From: Octopus sinensis
Lineage: Eukaryota
Assembly (NCBI RefSeq): GCF_006345805.1
Contig: NW_021833858.1
Span: 1-56,058, forward strand
Direction: 5' to 3'
Length of the DNA: 56,058 nt
Part shown: piece after piece, positions 24,825 to 36,492 of the stretch
How positions within the stretch are numbered: position 1 is the stretch's first letter
How the letters are laid out: each line of letters begins with the position of its first letter
Notes under the pieces: generated by a model
Seen by the model: only the letters and a program-made list of their open reading frames with translations
Told to the model about the DNA's origin: nothing
Databases searched by the model: none
Program-made: the position numbers and the translations under genes

Positions 24825-25063
24825 AAAAGTGGCCAAACGAAAACTTTTATTTTGGATTGTGTAAAGACATGAAGAAAGACGTCTTTCTATGGCAGAATGG
24901 AGAAGCACCTACTTATGATTTCTGGATGGAGGGTAGGCCTGACAATACTGGTGGCATTCAGCACTGTGGACATTTAGACAAGAGAAGTAATCACAGATGG
25001 AATGATGATGCTTGCAACAAGCAGGACGGTGAGAGGTATATATGCGAGATAGTCATGCGATAA
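24825..25063 (+). CDS. Coding exon 3: C-terminal half of C-type lectin domain with stop
   Basis: Acceptor TTTGTTTTTCAG|AA, phase 1. EKWPNENFYFGLC..FLWQNG..YDFWMEGRPDNTGGIQHCGHLDKRSNHRWNDDACNKQDGERYICE then TAA. Joined CDS from 13444 = 355+174+239 = 768 nt, in frame. Confidence 0.92.
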
Positions 25064-25412
25064 ATGTGTAACTGGAAGAACTGTAATTACACAAGCACAA
25101 ACAAACACACACACACACACACACACGCTCACACATGCACACACACGCACACACACACACACACACACGCACGCTCACACATGCACAACCATGCATACAT
25201 ACAGAATCACACTATTTATGTAAGTATATATATATGTGTGTACGTATACATATATACCTATATATATGTATAAGTATGCATATATTCATATACATACATA
25301 CATCCATACACACACACACACACACGCATGTTAATGGGCAATATATGGATTTATATAATCCGGTGGTAATCACACAAAAAACTGCTGTAGTGGAACGAAC
25401 TACAAACCACAT

Positions 25413-25418
25413 AATAAA
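25413..25418 (+). terminator. Candidate AATAAA polyadenylation signal of the lectin gene
   Basis: First canonical hexamer I see, 350 nt after the stop. Confidence 0.45.
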
Positions 25419-25510
25419 CCAATACCTATGAGGGTATTGTAGAATCCTATGCATTTGGAATCCAGTTAATCTAATCAGTGAAGATCATTTCAGGAGAAAT
25501 ATATAGAATA

Positions 25511-26996
25511 CTAGCAGAGATACCCGACGTTGCCCGCGTTACACGCCATTTAAGAATTAGACTTCTATTTTTTATATGATTCGAATTTCACAAAATTTTA
25601 ATGAGGGTTTTTTTCTTCATTACGCACACTAACAAAAACTATAACCATGACTATTTATTCCATACTACTCATCTTTATGCCCAGATCCCAAAATCCAAAC
25701 CTTATAAAAGCTATTCAAAGGTTTTTGCTCCTGAAATAAGGAGTACATAGAGCTTCAAAATGTGGGAGAAAAGGCCCCTATTAGGGGGTCATCAAGTCAA
25801 GTACATAAGTTGAATTGTTGGGAATCTTTTTAACTTGTGTCTTATATCTATTGTTTAAATTTCTTTGAACTCGAAATATATGAATGTTCACTGGGTTTGT
25901 AAAAGAGAGCAAAGATACAGAAAACCAAGAGACGAATGATCACAATAATGAGTCAGCTAGAAATTAGAAGGGCGTGACCCAACTGAAATAAATATTTACA
26001 ACTGTGTGACATAAGGGCTAAGGGGAAATGAAAGTGTCACCTCTGGGATTTGCCAATAATCCCTATACCGATAGCTAACTGAACAGAATAAATTTGCAAT
26101 CTATAAATCTATTTGAATGGCCAGTCACTTATCTGGAAAGGCCTTGGAATCAATGTTATCATCTGGGGACGATCTCAAAGGAGGTGTGCAAACAAATAAC
26201 TTTACGCAAAATGACACTTTGCAACTGAACCAGTGGAGGCAAAGATGCCTCTCCATAGTTGACAATTTATGCACCACTTTTCAGAAATCACAATCTAAAT
26301 ATGTCTCAAAGCAAACTCTTGCACTGTTGTACCATTGAATAACAAATAACGCTCATCTTGTATTGTCGGGTGACTCTACAGCTTCCAAGACTACTACTGT
26401 ATTCGTCTTGGCCTGGGAAAACTGACTAAATTGTGGGGGTTAATCCCCCAGTAAGGGGTTTTACTAACTGCTAAGAAGTTGAAATTTTAGGAATATTACT
26501 TCATTTATGTTTATAATCTATGGTTAAAATTTCACAAACAGGAAAATTATATGAACTTTCATGGGGGTTGAGGCCTCATTATGTCCCCTCACTTTTAAAC
26601 ATACATTGCATTACATTTGTTCTTATACATAGAATATAATTTCCAAATTTCATAACGATTAATTCAGTAGTTTTGATTTAGTTTTGGATCATGAAAAATG
26701 ACTAAATTTAGGTGTTAAGGCCCCCATTAGGGGGTTTTAGAATGAGAAGCGGAAACTTTGGGAATATTTCTTGATTTGTGTCAATTACCTATAGTTGAAA
26801 TTTCATCAACATCGGAAATTAATGAATTTTCATTGTGGGTTCTGCCCCCTTTAAGCTACCTCAAATTCAAACCGAACATATTGCTTTATACCTGCCCTTA
26901 TGCATTGAATCTAAGTTCTAAATATCATAAGGATCCATTCAGTAATTTTGGTCCATGAAATTGTGTGAAACATACAGCATTACACTTCTCCGTAGA
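25511..26996 (-). mobile_element. Non-autonomous Helitron, both termini visible
   Basis: Minus strand: 5' A|TCTACGGAGAAG at 26996; 3' CGCGGGCAACGTCGGG hairpin-like plus TCTCTGCTAG|T at 25511. Inserted between A and T, no TSD. Confidence 0.65.
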
Positions 26997-27299
26997 TTTT
27001 GAATTTGTGTTCGAAATTACATTAGGATCGTTGCAGTAGTTTTCGAGTCTATAAGTAACATACGAAAACACATAAACATTGACTGTTATATAATATATAC
27101 ATGTATATATATTATTACAAATTTGAGATTTTACCAATAGGACCACAACTTCAATTTCAGGAAAACCTCATTTTCTGGAGTACACATAGAAAGTTATATC
27201 CAAAATACTAATCTAATAATATAATCATTTTAAAGCCTAGTATATCGTACAATAAAATAAACGACATTAAATTTAATGAGAAATTATATAAACACATTT

Positions 27300-27412
27300 T
27301 AGAAGACATATATATACCTTACCTGTTATTCGTCTGTAGGGACAGAAGATAATATTAATCAACGCTACACGTGTTTCTGCGCTGGTTGTTTGTTTTACCA
27401 GGCTATACCTAG
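27300..27412 (+). mobile_element. Possible Helitron 3' terminus fragment
   Basis: CTGGT..ACCAG hairpin followed by GCTATACCTAG|T. Confidence 0.3.
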
Positions 27413-27505
27413 TACATAAATCCACCAGTGCGTCCTCAGGGTATTTTTATTTACATTATTATTATTAATGGATAATACTTAATCATACAAATTCTAAGAT
27501 GTTTT

Positions 27506-27550
<45 letters not shown>

Positions 27551-27553
<3 letters not shown>

Positions 27554-28618
27554 CTTAGAATAACTTAGAATAACTTAGAAAGGTTTTGGCCAGTATTGGC
27601 CCAGGCCATGTCTAACTGAATAGCACCGCCTGGCGAAGTCTTTCAGTTCAGGATTTGGGCACTAAGGCCCATTCGAGCAGAGAGTTATTGTTTGCGGAGA
27701 CATATCCGGGTGTGGGTGGTTTGTCCGGTACTGTTTGAAGGAATTTGTCCAAATACTTCTTGAATTTTGTGTGGTCAGTTTCTTTTTTGACGTGCCCTGG
27801 TGTAATGTTGAAGAGAGCAGGTCCAATTGAGGTGAAATAGTTGTGCCGTATTGTCGTTATGTGATGCGATTTAGATTTTTGTTGTGGACGGATGGCACGT
27901 GGTCCAAGCCTTGGATGCATTTTGAAGGTGATGCCAACATCATTCGGACAGTGCTGGTGGAATATTTTCACATCATACAGATAATGTAGCGTTCACGGCG
28001 TCGTTGGAGTGAATACAATTTCAGCTTCTCTAGTCTACCCCAGTAGTCAAGGTCTGACATGCCATCTATCTTTTTTGTGATTGACCTTTGGGGAGCTTCA
28101 ATTCTCATAATATTTTGTTTTGTGTAGGAAGACCACAGTGGACAGCAGTATTCAAGGTGGGGTCGGGCAAAAGTGGAGAAGAGAAGGATAATAGCGTGGG
28201 AATCTCTCGACTAGAAGGTTCTGAGAATCCAGGAACACATTCTGCGGGCCATGTCAGCTTTGCTGTTTATATGTGTAGCCCAGCTTATGTTGTTGTCCAC
28301 TGTTACTCCCAGGACTCTGATGTTGTTGGATGCCATGAGAATTTCTCCAGAAGGAAGAGAGTATGGGAGTTTCAGAGCGTCCTCCCTTCCAAAGTGGATC
28401 AGTTCAAATTTGTCTTCATTTAGCAACATCTTATTCTTTTCCGCCAATTGGACAACAGCCAGTTGAAGGTTTATTCGGTCATCCACGCCATTGATGACCT
28501 TCTGGAGCTTGGAATCATCAGCGAAGGTTCTGATGTTACTGTGTTTGATGGTGTCAGTAATATCATTTATGTAGATGATGAAGAGAAGTGGGCCCAACAC
28601 AGTGCCTTGTGGGACACC
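27551..28618 (-). mobile_element. 5'-truncated CR1/L2-like LINE, copy 1, tail (TTCTAAGTTA)3
   Basis: GVPQGTVLGPLLFIIYINDI..FADDSKL..LEYCCPLW..FKKYLDKFL..VPDKPPTPGY; (TA)n on both sides. Confidence 0.9.
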
Positions 28619-28756
28619 ATATATATATATATATATAACTTCCTAATATATTTTTACAAAACTTAAAAGATTTTAAATATTAAAAAAATTTAAATTAAAA
28701 AAATTTTTAAATTCATAAGAATTTAATAAAATTAAAACATTTAAAATATAATAACG

Positions 28757-28820
<64 letters not shown>

Positions 28821-28989
28821 AGTGCTAAACATAAAGAAACCCTATTTCACTATTTTATAACCACGTCAAATTAAACCACCTATCTACATAAACTTTGATA
28901 ATTGTTTGTGAAATTTACCCTTATCAATACTAGTATATATTAACATTATTATGTCAAACGTAAGTTAATAATATTTAAACAGTAAAAGA

Positions 28990-29380
28990 GCTCTATATAT
29001 GTTATAAATTTATTGAATAAAACTAGTAAATGAAAATATCTACCGCAATTAATACAAGAAGAATATTTATCTGCATGTTTACTCCTTGTTTAACCTGTGC
29101 AAATGGCTGCATCTTCTGTCCTGCGCTAAGTATTATGGGTATAAAAACACTACTCTAAATATAAAATATTCTTTAAGACTAATATAATTTGAAAGGTTGA
29201 ATTCAAGGGGAGATAATTATAATTATCTTTAGGTATATTTGAATTTTTCTGGTGTTAAAGATTTAGTGATTTATTCTATTTAATATGTGGCCTGTATAAT
29301 CCTTTTTAAGGTAATATTCTTTACATTTATTCTTGGCTTTACGTATATCCGTATCTAATACTATCATATTGTTCTATTAA
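28990..29380 (-). mobile_element. Probable decayed GIY-YIG endonuclease end of a Naiad-like Penelope element
   Basis: Frameshifted echoes of NH..FN, LSNYI.SLKE, RRCS.., LNK..CR..F on the minus strand; very AT-rich like 8620-10200. Confidence 0.4.
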
Positions 29381-29465
29381 AACTACTTTTAACTATATAT
29401 ATATATATAACTATATATATATGTATAACTATATATATATATATAATATATATATAATATATATA

Positions 29466-29526
<61 letters not shown>

Positions 29527-29544
29527 AAACGAAATAAAACACAA

Positions 29545-31178
29545 TTCAGCAGTAAGCCCCGATAGGTTCCCTGCTTGTGTCCTGAAGGTGTGTCGACACC
29601 AACTTGCATCTCCCCTTGCTAATCTGTGGAGAAACTCACTGGATGCTGGCTATATTCCAAAAAACCTTCTGTCCCAGTCTGTTGTCCCAGTTTTCAAAAA
29701 GGGAAACAAGTCCCTTGCAGTGAACTACCGTCCGATCTCACTCACCTCTCATATCATCAAGGTATTTGAGAGGGTGGTGAGATCTCGAATAACCCAATTT
29801 CTGGAAAGCAACAGACGGCTAATCTCTAACCAACATGGGTTCCGTAATGGAAGGGACTGCCTAACGCAGCTCCTGCATCACTTTGATGACATTTTGAGAG
29901 CTTTGGGAGAGGGCTCCAACACCGATGTCATCTACCTTGATTTCAGTAAGGCCTTCGACAGGGTTGATCACAAGATCCTATTGAAAAAACTATCCAACAT
30001 TGGTGTCTCTAGAAAGTTACTGAAATGGATCAAGTGTTCCTGACAGACAGATCTCAACATGTTGTATAGTTGAAGGGGTAAAATCAAGCCCAGCCAAAGT
30101 CAGTAGTGGCGTTCCGCAAGGCACTGTGCTGGGCCCACTTCTTTTCATCATCTACATTAATGACATTAATGACATCATCAAGCACAGCAACATAAAAATC
30201 TTTGCAGATGATTCCAAGCTACAGAAGGTCATAAATGAGGCGAGTGACCGGACATGCCTCAGTCAGATCTACTGGCTGTTATCCAATGGGCAGAAAAAAA
30301 CAATATGCTGCTGAACGAGGATAAATTTGAGTTAATCCACTTTGGAAAAGAGGATGCCCTGAAACCTCCCATACTCCCTTCCTTCAGGTGAAACTCTCGT
30401 GGCATCAAACAACATCAGGACTGGGAGTAATTGTGGACAACAACATAAGCTGGGCCATTCATATAAACACCAAAGTTGACATGGCCCGCAGAATGTGTTC
30501 CTGGATTCTCAGAACTTTCCAGTCGAGAGATATCCACACCATTATCCTTATCTTCTCCACTTTTGCCCGACCCCACCTTGAATACTGTTGTCCTCTGTGG
30601 TCTCCCCACATAAAACAAAGTATCATAAAAGTTGAAGCACCTCAAAGGGCAATCACAAAAAAGATAGATGGCATGACAGGTCTCGACTATTGGGGTCGAC
30701 TAGAAAAGCTAAAACTTTATTCTCTCCAATGTCGTCGTGAGCGCTACATCATCTGCATGATGTGGAAAATATTCCATCAGCATTGCCCAAATGATGTTGG
30801 CATCACCTTTAAGGTACATCCAAGGCTTGGGCCCCGTGCCATCCGCCCAAAACAAAAATCGCACTCTCATCTCATAACAACAATACGGCATAATTATTTC
30901 ACCTCAATTGGCCCCGCTCTCTTTAACATTACACCAAAACACATTGAAACAGAAACAGACCCTATAGGGTTCAAGAAGTCTTTGGACAGATTCCTTCAAG
31001 AAATCCCGGATAAACCCATTACACCCGGATATGTCTCTGTAAACAATAACTCTCTACTTGAGTGGGCCATAGTGCCCAAATTCTGACTTGAAAGACTTCA
31101 CCAGGTGGTGCTATTAAGTTAGACATGGCCTGGGCCAATAATGGCCGAAACCTATCAAAGTATCAAAGTATCAAAGTA
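29545..31178 (+). mobile_element. 5'-truncated CR1/L2-like LINE, copy 2, tail (TATCAAAG)3
   Basis: ORFs 29588-30043 (NYRPISLTS, QHGFR, YLDFSKAFDRVDH), 30126-30314 (LGPLLFIIYINDI, FADDSKL), 30388-31086; same family as copy 1, opposite strand. Confidence 0.92.
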
Positions 31179-31181
31179 TAT

Positions 31182-31215
<34 letters not shown>

Positions 31216-31246
31216 ATATATAGAGAGAGAGAGAGAGAGAGAGATA

Positions 31247-32649
31247 CTAGCAGTTAAGCCTGGTTTCACCCGGTCTGTTTGGATGATGTGGCTGAGATCG
31301 TTCGGTTAGGCATAATTTATAACACCGTTTCTTAACCTTATCATTTCGGGTCCCCTGTTTCGTTTGGAGCTTCCAGCTGTATGAAAATTCCTCCCCGCCC
31401 ACCCCCTGCTTCAGGAGTTGTGACGAAAGAATTTGTACGTAGCCTGTTTATGAGAACCATTGTATTGGATCTCTGTCTAATTATTAAAACATTCATTTAA
31501 TTATGAACATAGAAAGAAATTATACATTAATACCTATTTTTGTAAGCAGTTGTATCCGTAAAACATTTATTTGCAGAAAGCAGAAATTGAAAGAAGATAT
31601 GTGAAATGGACGTGTGTGTGTGTGTGTATGTGTTTGCGTGTATGTGTGTGTATGCATGCGTGCGCGTGTGTATGTGAGAGAGAAAGAGGATGAGAAAGAG
31701 AGATAGAGTGAGTGAGTGTAGGTGTGTGTCACTGAGTTACGTTGGCAGGCACGGCGACTACGAAGCTTTTGAGGCGGCAGATGTTGGGATGATTTGAAAG
31801 ATGTGAAGAAATGCCGTCTTTTCAGTGGAGCGCTTCTTTGTAGGCAATGTTTCTCGTTTTCCCTTCTGATGCACAAATGTATAGACTTTGTGGCCTGCCA
31901 ACACGGGAGCATCCAACGTAAAGTTGACCGTGGGAGGAAACTTGCTGTGTGAGATTTAAACCAACCATTTGCAATGATTGAACCTGTGCCTTATTTATTG
32001 TCATTGCAAAGGAGAGTTTGATAGGAAATTGAAGCTGCTTAAACTTGTAGATAGTACCGGAGTGAGTGAGGAATATTGGGGTTATAAGAACATCTTGACC
32101 AGCGCCTGGTCCATTCAAGATGGCTGCACTCAATGAGAAGATTCCCCATGGCTGACCCACGACTAACATTGCAAGTTGGATTTTCCTGTGTGGTCAGGTC
32201 TAGTGGTAATTTGAAGGCTGAGTGTGCCATACGACCGCCATGCAGTAGAGTTGCCGCAATGCCGCTGGATGCAACCGCTATGGCAATCCGATTATCCTGG
32301 CGAATTTTGGCGAGCAGGAGGTTCACGAGAAAAGTTTTTCCGGTTCTGCTGGGAGCATCCAAGAAAGCAGAAATTGAAAGAAGATATATGAAATGGATGT
32401 GTGTGTGTGTTTTTCAGGCTAATTTGGCGGATTTTTGCAGTCAGTACGAGGTGGTTTGTGTTTATCTCTCGAGTCGAAGTGTTGTTAATTTGTCTGTTAT
32501 AGCAATGCCCAGACAAATGAAAATATCTTTGTTTTTCACTCCATCGCCTGCAGTGAAAGGAGTCAGGAGCCCTTCTCCGTAAAAAAAAGTTTACTTTTGT
32601 AATATAGGACTGGGTGGAAAGGGGATTTTTTTGAAGTCGGAGTGAAAGC

Positions 32650-32696
<47 letters not shown>

Positions 32697-32991
32697 CGCG
32701 TGAAGCGGACGAATTGATGTGCGTGCGTGTGTATGTGCGAGAGGATGTGTGTGTGAGAGAGACAGAGTGCGTGTGTGTGTGCTTGATGGGGTGTAAGATA
32801 TGGATTCCTATCTATGTACCCGTCTTCACATTTGTGCCATTTTTCACACGAATCCACCCGGCCGTTTGGCCTTGAACCTCAAGACAAGAAACAATACAGA
32901 TGCAATTGAGTGTGCAAACGAAAATATGAGACACTGCTTTGAAGAAATTTTTTGTCGAATGAATCAACCTCAGTGCTATTATATATTTTGA
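31247..32991 (-). mobile_element. Internally deleted Helitron with Pif1-family helicase fragments
   Basis: DAPSRTGKTFL..AVASSGIAATLL.GGR.AHS.FKLP (motifs I/Ia) and QFPIKLSFAMTINKAQ.QSL..HGQLYVGCSRV (V/VI). 3' CCGGGTGAAACCAGG hairpin plus CTAG|T at 31247; candidate 5' A|TC at 32991. Confidence 0.85.
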
Positions 32992-33004
32992 TAATCCTAG
33001 TAAT

Positions 33005-33240
33005 TATTCTATCAGTCACTTCTTGTCAAACCAGTAAGTTATGGAGATGTAAATATACAAAAACCAGTTGTCAAGCAGTGATGAAGAAGAAACACAGACA
33101 CAAAGACACACATACACTTAGATATATGCATATATATACGATGGATTTCTTTCAGTTTCTGTTTACCAATCCGCTCAGAAGACTTTGTTTGATCTGAGGC
33201 TGTAGCAGAAGACATATAACACGTACCACACAGGGACTGC
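33005..33240 (+). mobile_element. Degenerate SINE family A-related fragments
   Basis: Partial matches on both strands (ACGGATTTCTTTCAGTTTCTGTTTACCAATCC..; GTACCACACAGGGACTG). Confidence 0.45.
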
Positions 33241-33298
33241 TTTGGAACCAGTCGGGCAAACTTGTCCTCTAAAAATCACCTATACACACAAAATACCT

Positions 33299-33329
<31 letters not shown>

Positions 33330-33589
33330 GAACTGATTTTTAAATAAAAGCAGCAAAATATAACAAAAGCTATTACTTAGAGTGTTCACGTTCCTGTTCG
33401 TAAATTTTTGTTAAAATGGAACAGAAAAACGAAAAACGAATAAAGCATATTACTCTATCTCTGGTATTTAAGTACTCTCCTTTATTTTTCTAACCTTGAT
33501 TTGTATTTATGTCCGTACGTACTCCGATATATATATATATATATATATATAATGTATAAGGGTGAAAAAGGAACACACGAGTTGATATA

Positions 33590-33885
33590 TATGTGCTTCG
33601 GAGAACCTAATATACTCACTAACCTGCTCCGGGTGTCAAGAGCAGTACATAGGCCAAACAAAAATGGTTTGCGTAAACGAATGGCCCTGCACAGATCCCA
33701 GATAAAAATTCCCAAACAGAAAAATAGCTTTTAGCCAACACATAGATACTTGTACTGCGCCAACCAAAAAACACAAACTTCAGAATTTTCCCCTCTACTA
33801 ACCAATTTGGGACGATACAACCTCGAGACAACGAATAAGTAAAGAAAATCTCTTTATTACAAAATACAAGCCACTTCTTAACGGT
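33590..33885 (+). mobile_element. Penelope-like (Neptune-like) GIY-YIG endonuclease fragment
   Basis: CASENLIYSLTCSGCQEQYIGQT, frameshift, GLRKRMALHRSQI..FSQHIDTC..KENLFITKYKPLLN. Confidence 0.85.
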
Positions 33886-34029
33886 TCTGCGACAAACAAT
33901 TAATATACCTCAACTTTAGAATAAAAGAAAAAATATATAGACACACAAATACTACACTCAATAGAATCCATTACTAATCAGCCCCTTCATAGCTATATTT
34001 ACATTCATATTCTCCCTTCTCTCTGTTTT

Positions 34030-34265
34030 TTCTTCTTCTTCTTCTTCTCCTCTTCTTCTTCATCATCATCGTTATCATCATCATCGGCATCATCATCATC
34101 GCCACCATCATCACCACCATCTTCTCCTTCTCCTCCTTCTTCTTCTTCTTCTTCTTCATCATCATCGTTATCATCATCATCGTCGTCATAATCATCACCA
34201 CCATCACCATCATCGTCATCTTCTCCTTCTCCTCTCTTCTTCTTCTTCTTTCCTTCTTCTTCTCC
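34030..34265. repeat. (TTC)n/(ATC)n compound microsatellite
   Basis: Directly visible. Confidence 0.9.
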
Positions 34266-34622
34266 ACCACCCCCTACCCCTTAAGTTTTGTCACTAATGT
34301 TTTTTAGTATAACACCTACGCTAATTCTATAAAGAGCCTGTGAATATAAATATTCTCCTGAATTGAACTGAGACTGCCAGCCGCCACTGACCATTCAAAA
34401 TACGACCATCAGGGCACTCCCAGATTCTCCCACCCCCCCCTTTCCTCACCAGCCTTCTCTCTACTACCCTACCAAGAGCTCACAACTACCTCGAACACAC
34501 AAGTGCAAACAAGGGAGTCAGAGAGAAGGCAGAATGCCACTTAAATCTGAACACTACTATAGAAATATTCTTTTAAAAAAACTTTTCTTCTAATTTTTCT
34601 AAATTTAATTATTTAATCGTTA

Positions 34623-34660
34623 CAGTTGAAAAGGTCTCAAAATGACCGAAACCGGTACTG
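34623..34660 (+). ncRNA. Degenerate minimal type I hammerhead ribozyme motif (Penelope-associated)
   Basis: CAG-UUGAAAA-GGUC(ucaaaau)GACC-GAAA-CCGG-UA-CUG: stems I and II pair, palindromic stem III; core deviates from CUGANGA. Confidence 0.5.
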
Positions 34661-34711
34661 AAATGTTCACTATAAAATTATTTTAGCATTTCTATTTTTT
34701 TTACTTGTTTT

Positions 34712-34764
<53 letters not shown>

Positions 34765-35258
34765 ATATATATATAATATATATATATATATGATATATAT
34801 AAATCTTTACATATACATATAAGGTATTAATATATATGTATGCATAAATATTCATATGAATGTATATATGTGTGTATATGCTACATATGTATTTATGTAC
34901 ATATAATACATTCATACGTATATTTTTTACATGTATATACAGACATATATACTCATGATATATATATGCAGATATATAGATACATATATATAATATATAA
35001 ACACATAAATCTCTGTATATACATGTATATATACTTATAATATTATATACTCTATACTATACATAAAATGCTATATATACATCTTATATCTACATATGTG
35101 CAGATGTATACATACATACATAAATACACACACCACAACACACACACACACATATAGCAGCATATATATTATATATAATATATAATATATATAATATATA
35201 ATATATTATAATATATGTATATATGATATATAATGCATGTATGTATACATAATATATA

Positions 35259-35294
<36 letters not shown>

Positions 35295-35604
35295 TGTATG
35301 CATATATCCATGTATATGTGTGAGGCGTATATCTGAGATAATAGTTTTACTTTAATAGCTTCAGTATTAATAGTGAAACTATTTATGTGAAAATATCTCA
35401 CGTTACAATAGAGATTTGTTATTGTTTCCTTTTTGACACGTATTACTTGAAATACTCTAAGAGATAAGAGATTGCTCTGAGCTCGCATTAGGGAAGAAGT
35501 GGAAAACTTTTCCGACCCATGATGCTGCATGGAAACTAAGGAAGGCATGTGTAAAATTTGAATGAAATCGGTTGATTCCGTGTTCTATTCCAGGCAGTGA
35601 ACTA

Positions 35605-35706
35605 AATAATAATAATAATAATAATGATGATGATGATAAAAATAATGATGATGATGATGAGGTGATGATGATGATGATGATGATAATAATGATGATAATA
35701 ATGATG

Positions 35707-35760
<54 letters not shown>
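35605..35760. repeat. (TAA)n/(TGA)n microsatellite
   Basis: Directly visible. Confidence 0.95.
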
Positions 35761-35761
<1 letters not shown>

Positions 35762-35823
35762 AAAAACAACAACAACATCGAAAAATACCTTAGGAATGAG
35801 AACCAGTTTCGAAATTTCCCCAA

Positions 35824-35869
35824 GACACCTGATGAAGGCAAGAGGGTATTTCAGCCGAAAAGTTGTGTT
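35824..35869 (+). ncRNA. Minimal type I hammerhead ribozyme motif in a Penelope pLTR-like repeat
   Basis: GACAC-CUGAUGA-a-GGC(loop)GCC-GAAA-AG-UU-GUGUU: intact CUGAUGA and GAAA, stem I GACAC/GUGUU. Confidence 0.65.
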
Positions 35870-36045
35870 AACAACAAACAAGATGAAGACAAATATCCGA
35901 CAAATATAACTAACATAAATAATATACACAATTCATCATCTCTTAAATACAGAACTACAAGAAATACGTAAGTGAATTATGATATATTGTTTGTTATAAC
36001 TGGTGTTTCTCTTTTGTCTAACCGTAATATATATATATATGTGTG

Positions 36046-36076
<31 letters not shown>

Positions 36077-36249
36077 CATAAATTTTAGAACAACCATGTA
36101 GCAATTCAACAATGATATAATTAAATCAAAATATGTAGAACAAAATTAAATATACGATAAAACATTTACATAATTAACTATAATTAACTAAAGTACAAAA
36201 TAAAACAAATAGCATATATATATATATATATATATAATATATATAATAT

Positions 36250-36301
<52 letters not shown>

Positions 36302-36329
36302 TATATGTATTATAAATATGTATATATAG

Positions 36330-36450
36330 GAATGATTGTGGTGTAAGTAAGTTTCTTACTAACCAGATAGTTCCAGGTTCAGTCCCATTGCATGGCACCT
36401 TGGGCAAATGTCCTCTACTATAACATCTGGCCGACCAAAAGAGATCGACC
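36330..36450 (+). mobile_element. SINE family A 5' fragment
   Basis: GTAAGTTTCTTACTAACCAG..GGTTCAGTCCCATTGCATGGCACCTTGGGCAAATG. Confidence 0.75.
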
Positions 36451-36451
36451 A

Positions 36452-36492
<41 letters not shown>

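Noticed and set aside
31115-31152. GGCC-loop-GGCC-GAAAC as a hammerhead ribozyme
   Set aside because: No CUGANGA-like core; better explained as the CR1-like 3' stem-loop.
35330-35550. Complex island as a minus-strand exon (ORF 35090-35548)
   Set aside because: Splice-like sites exist but no recognisable domain or partner exon; half the ORF is microsatellite.
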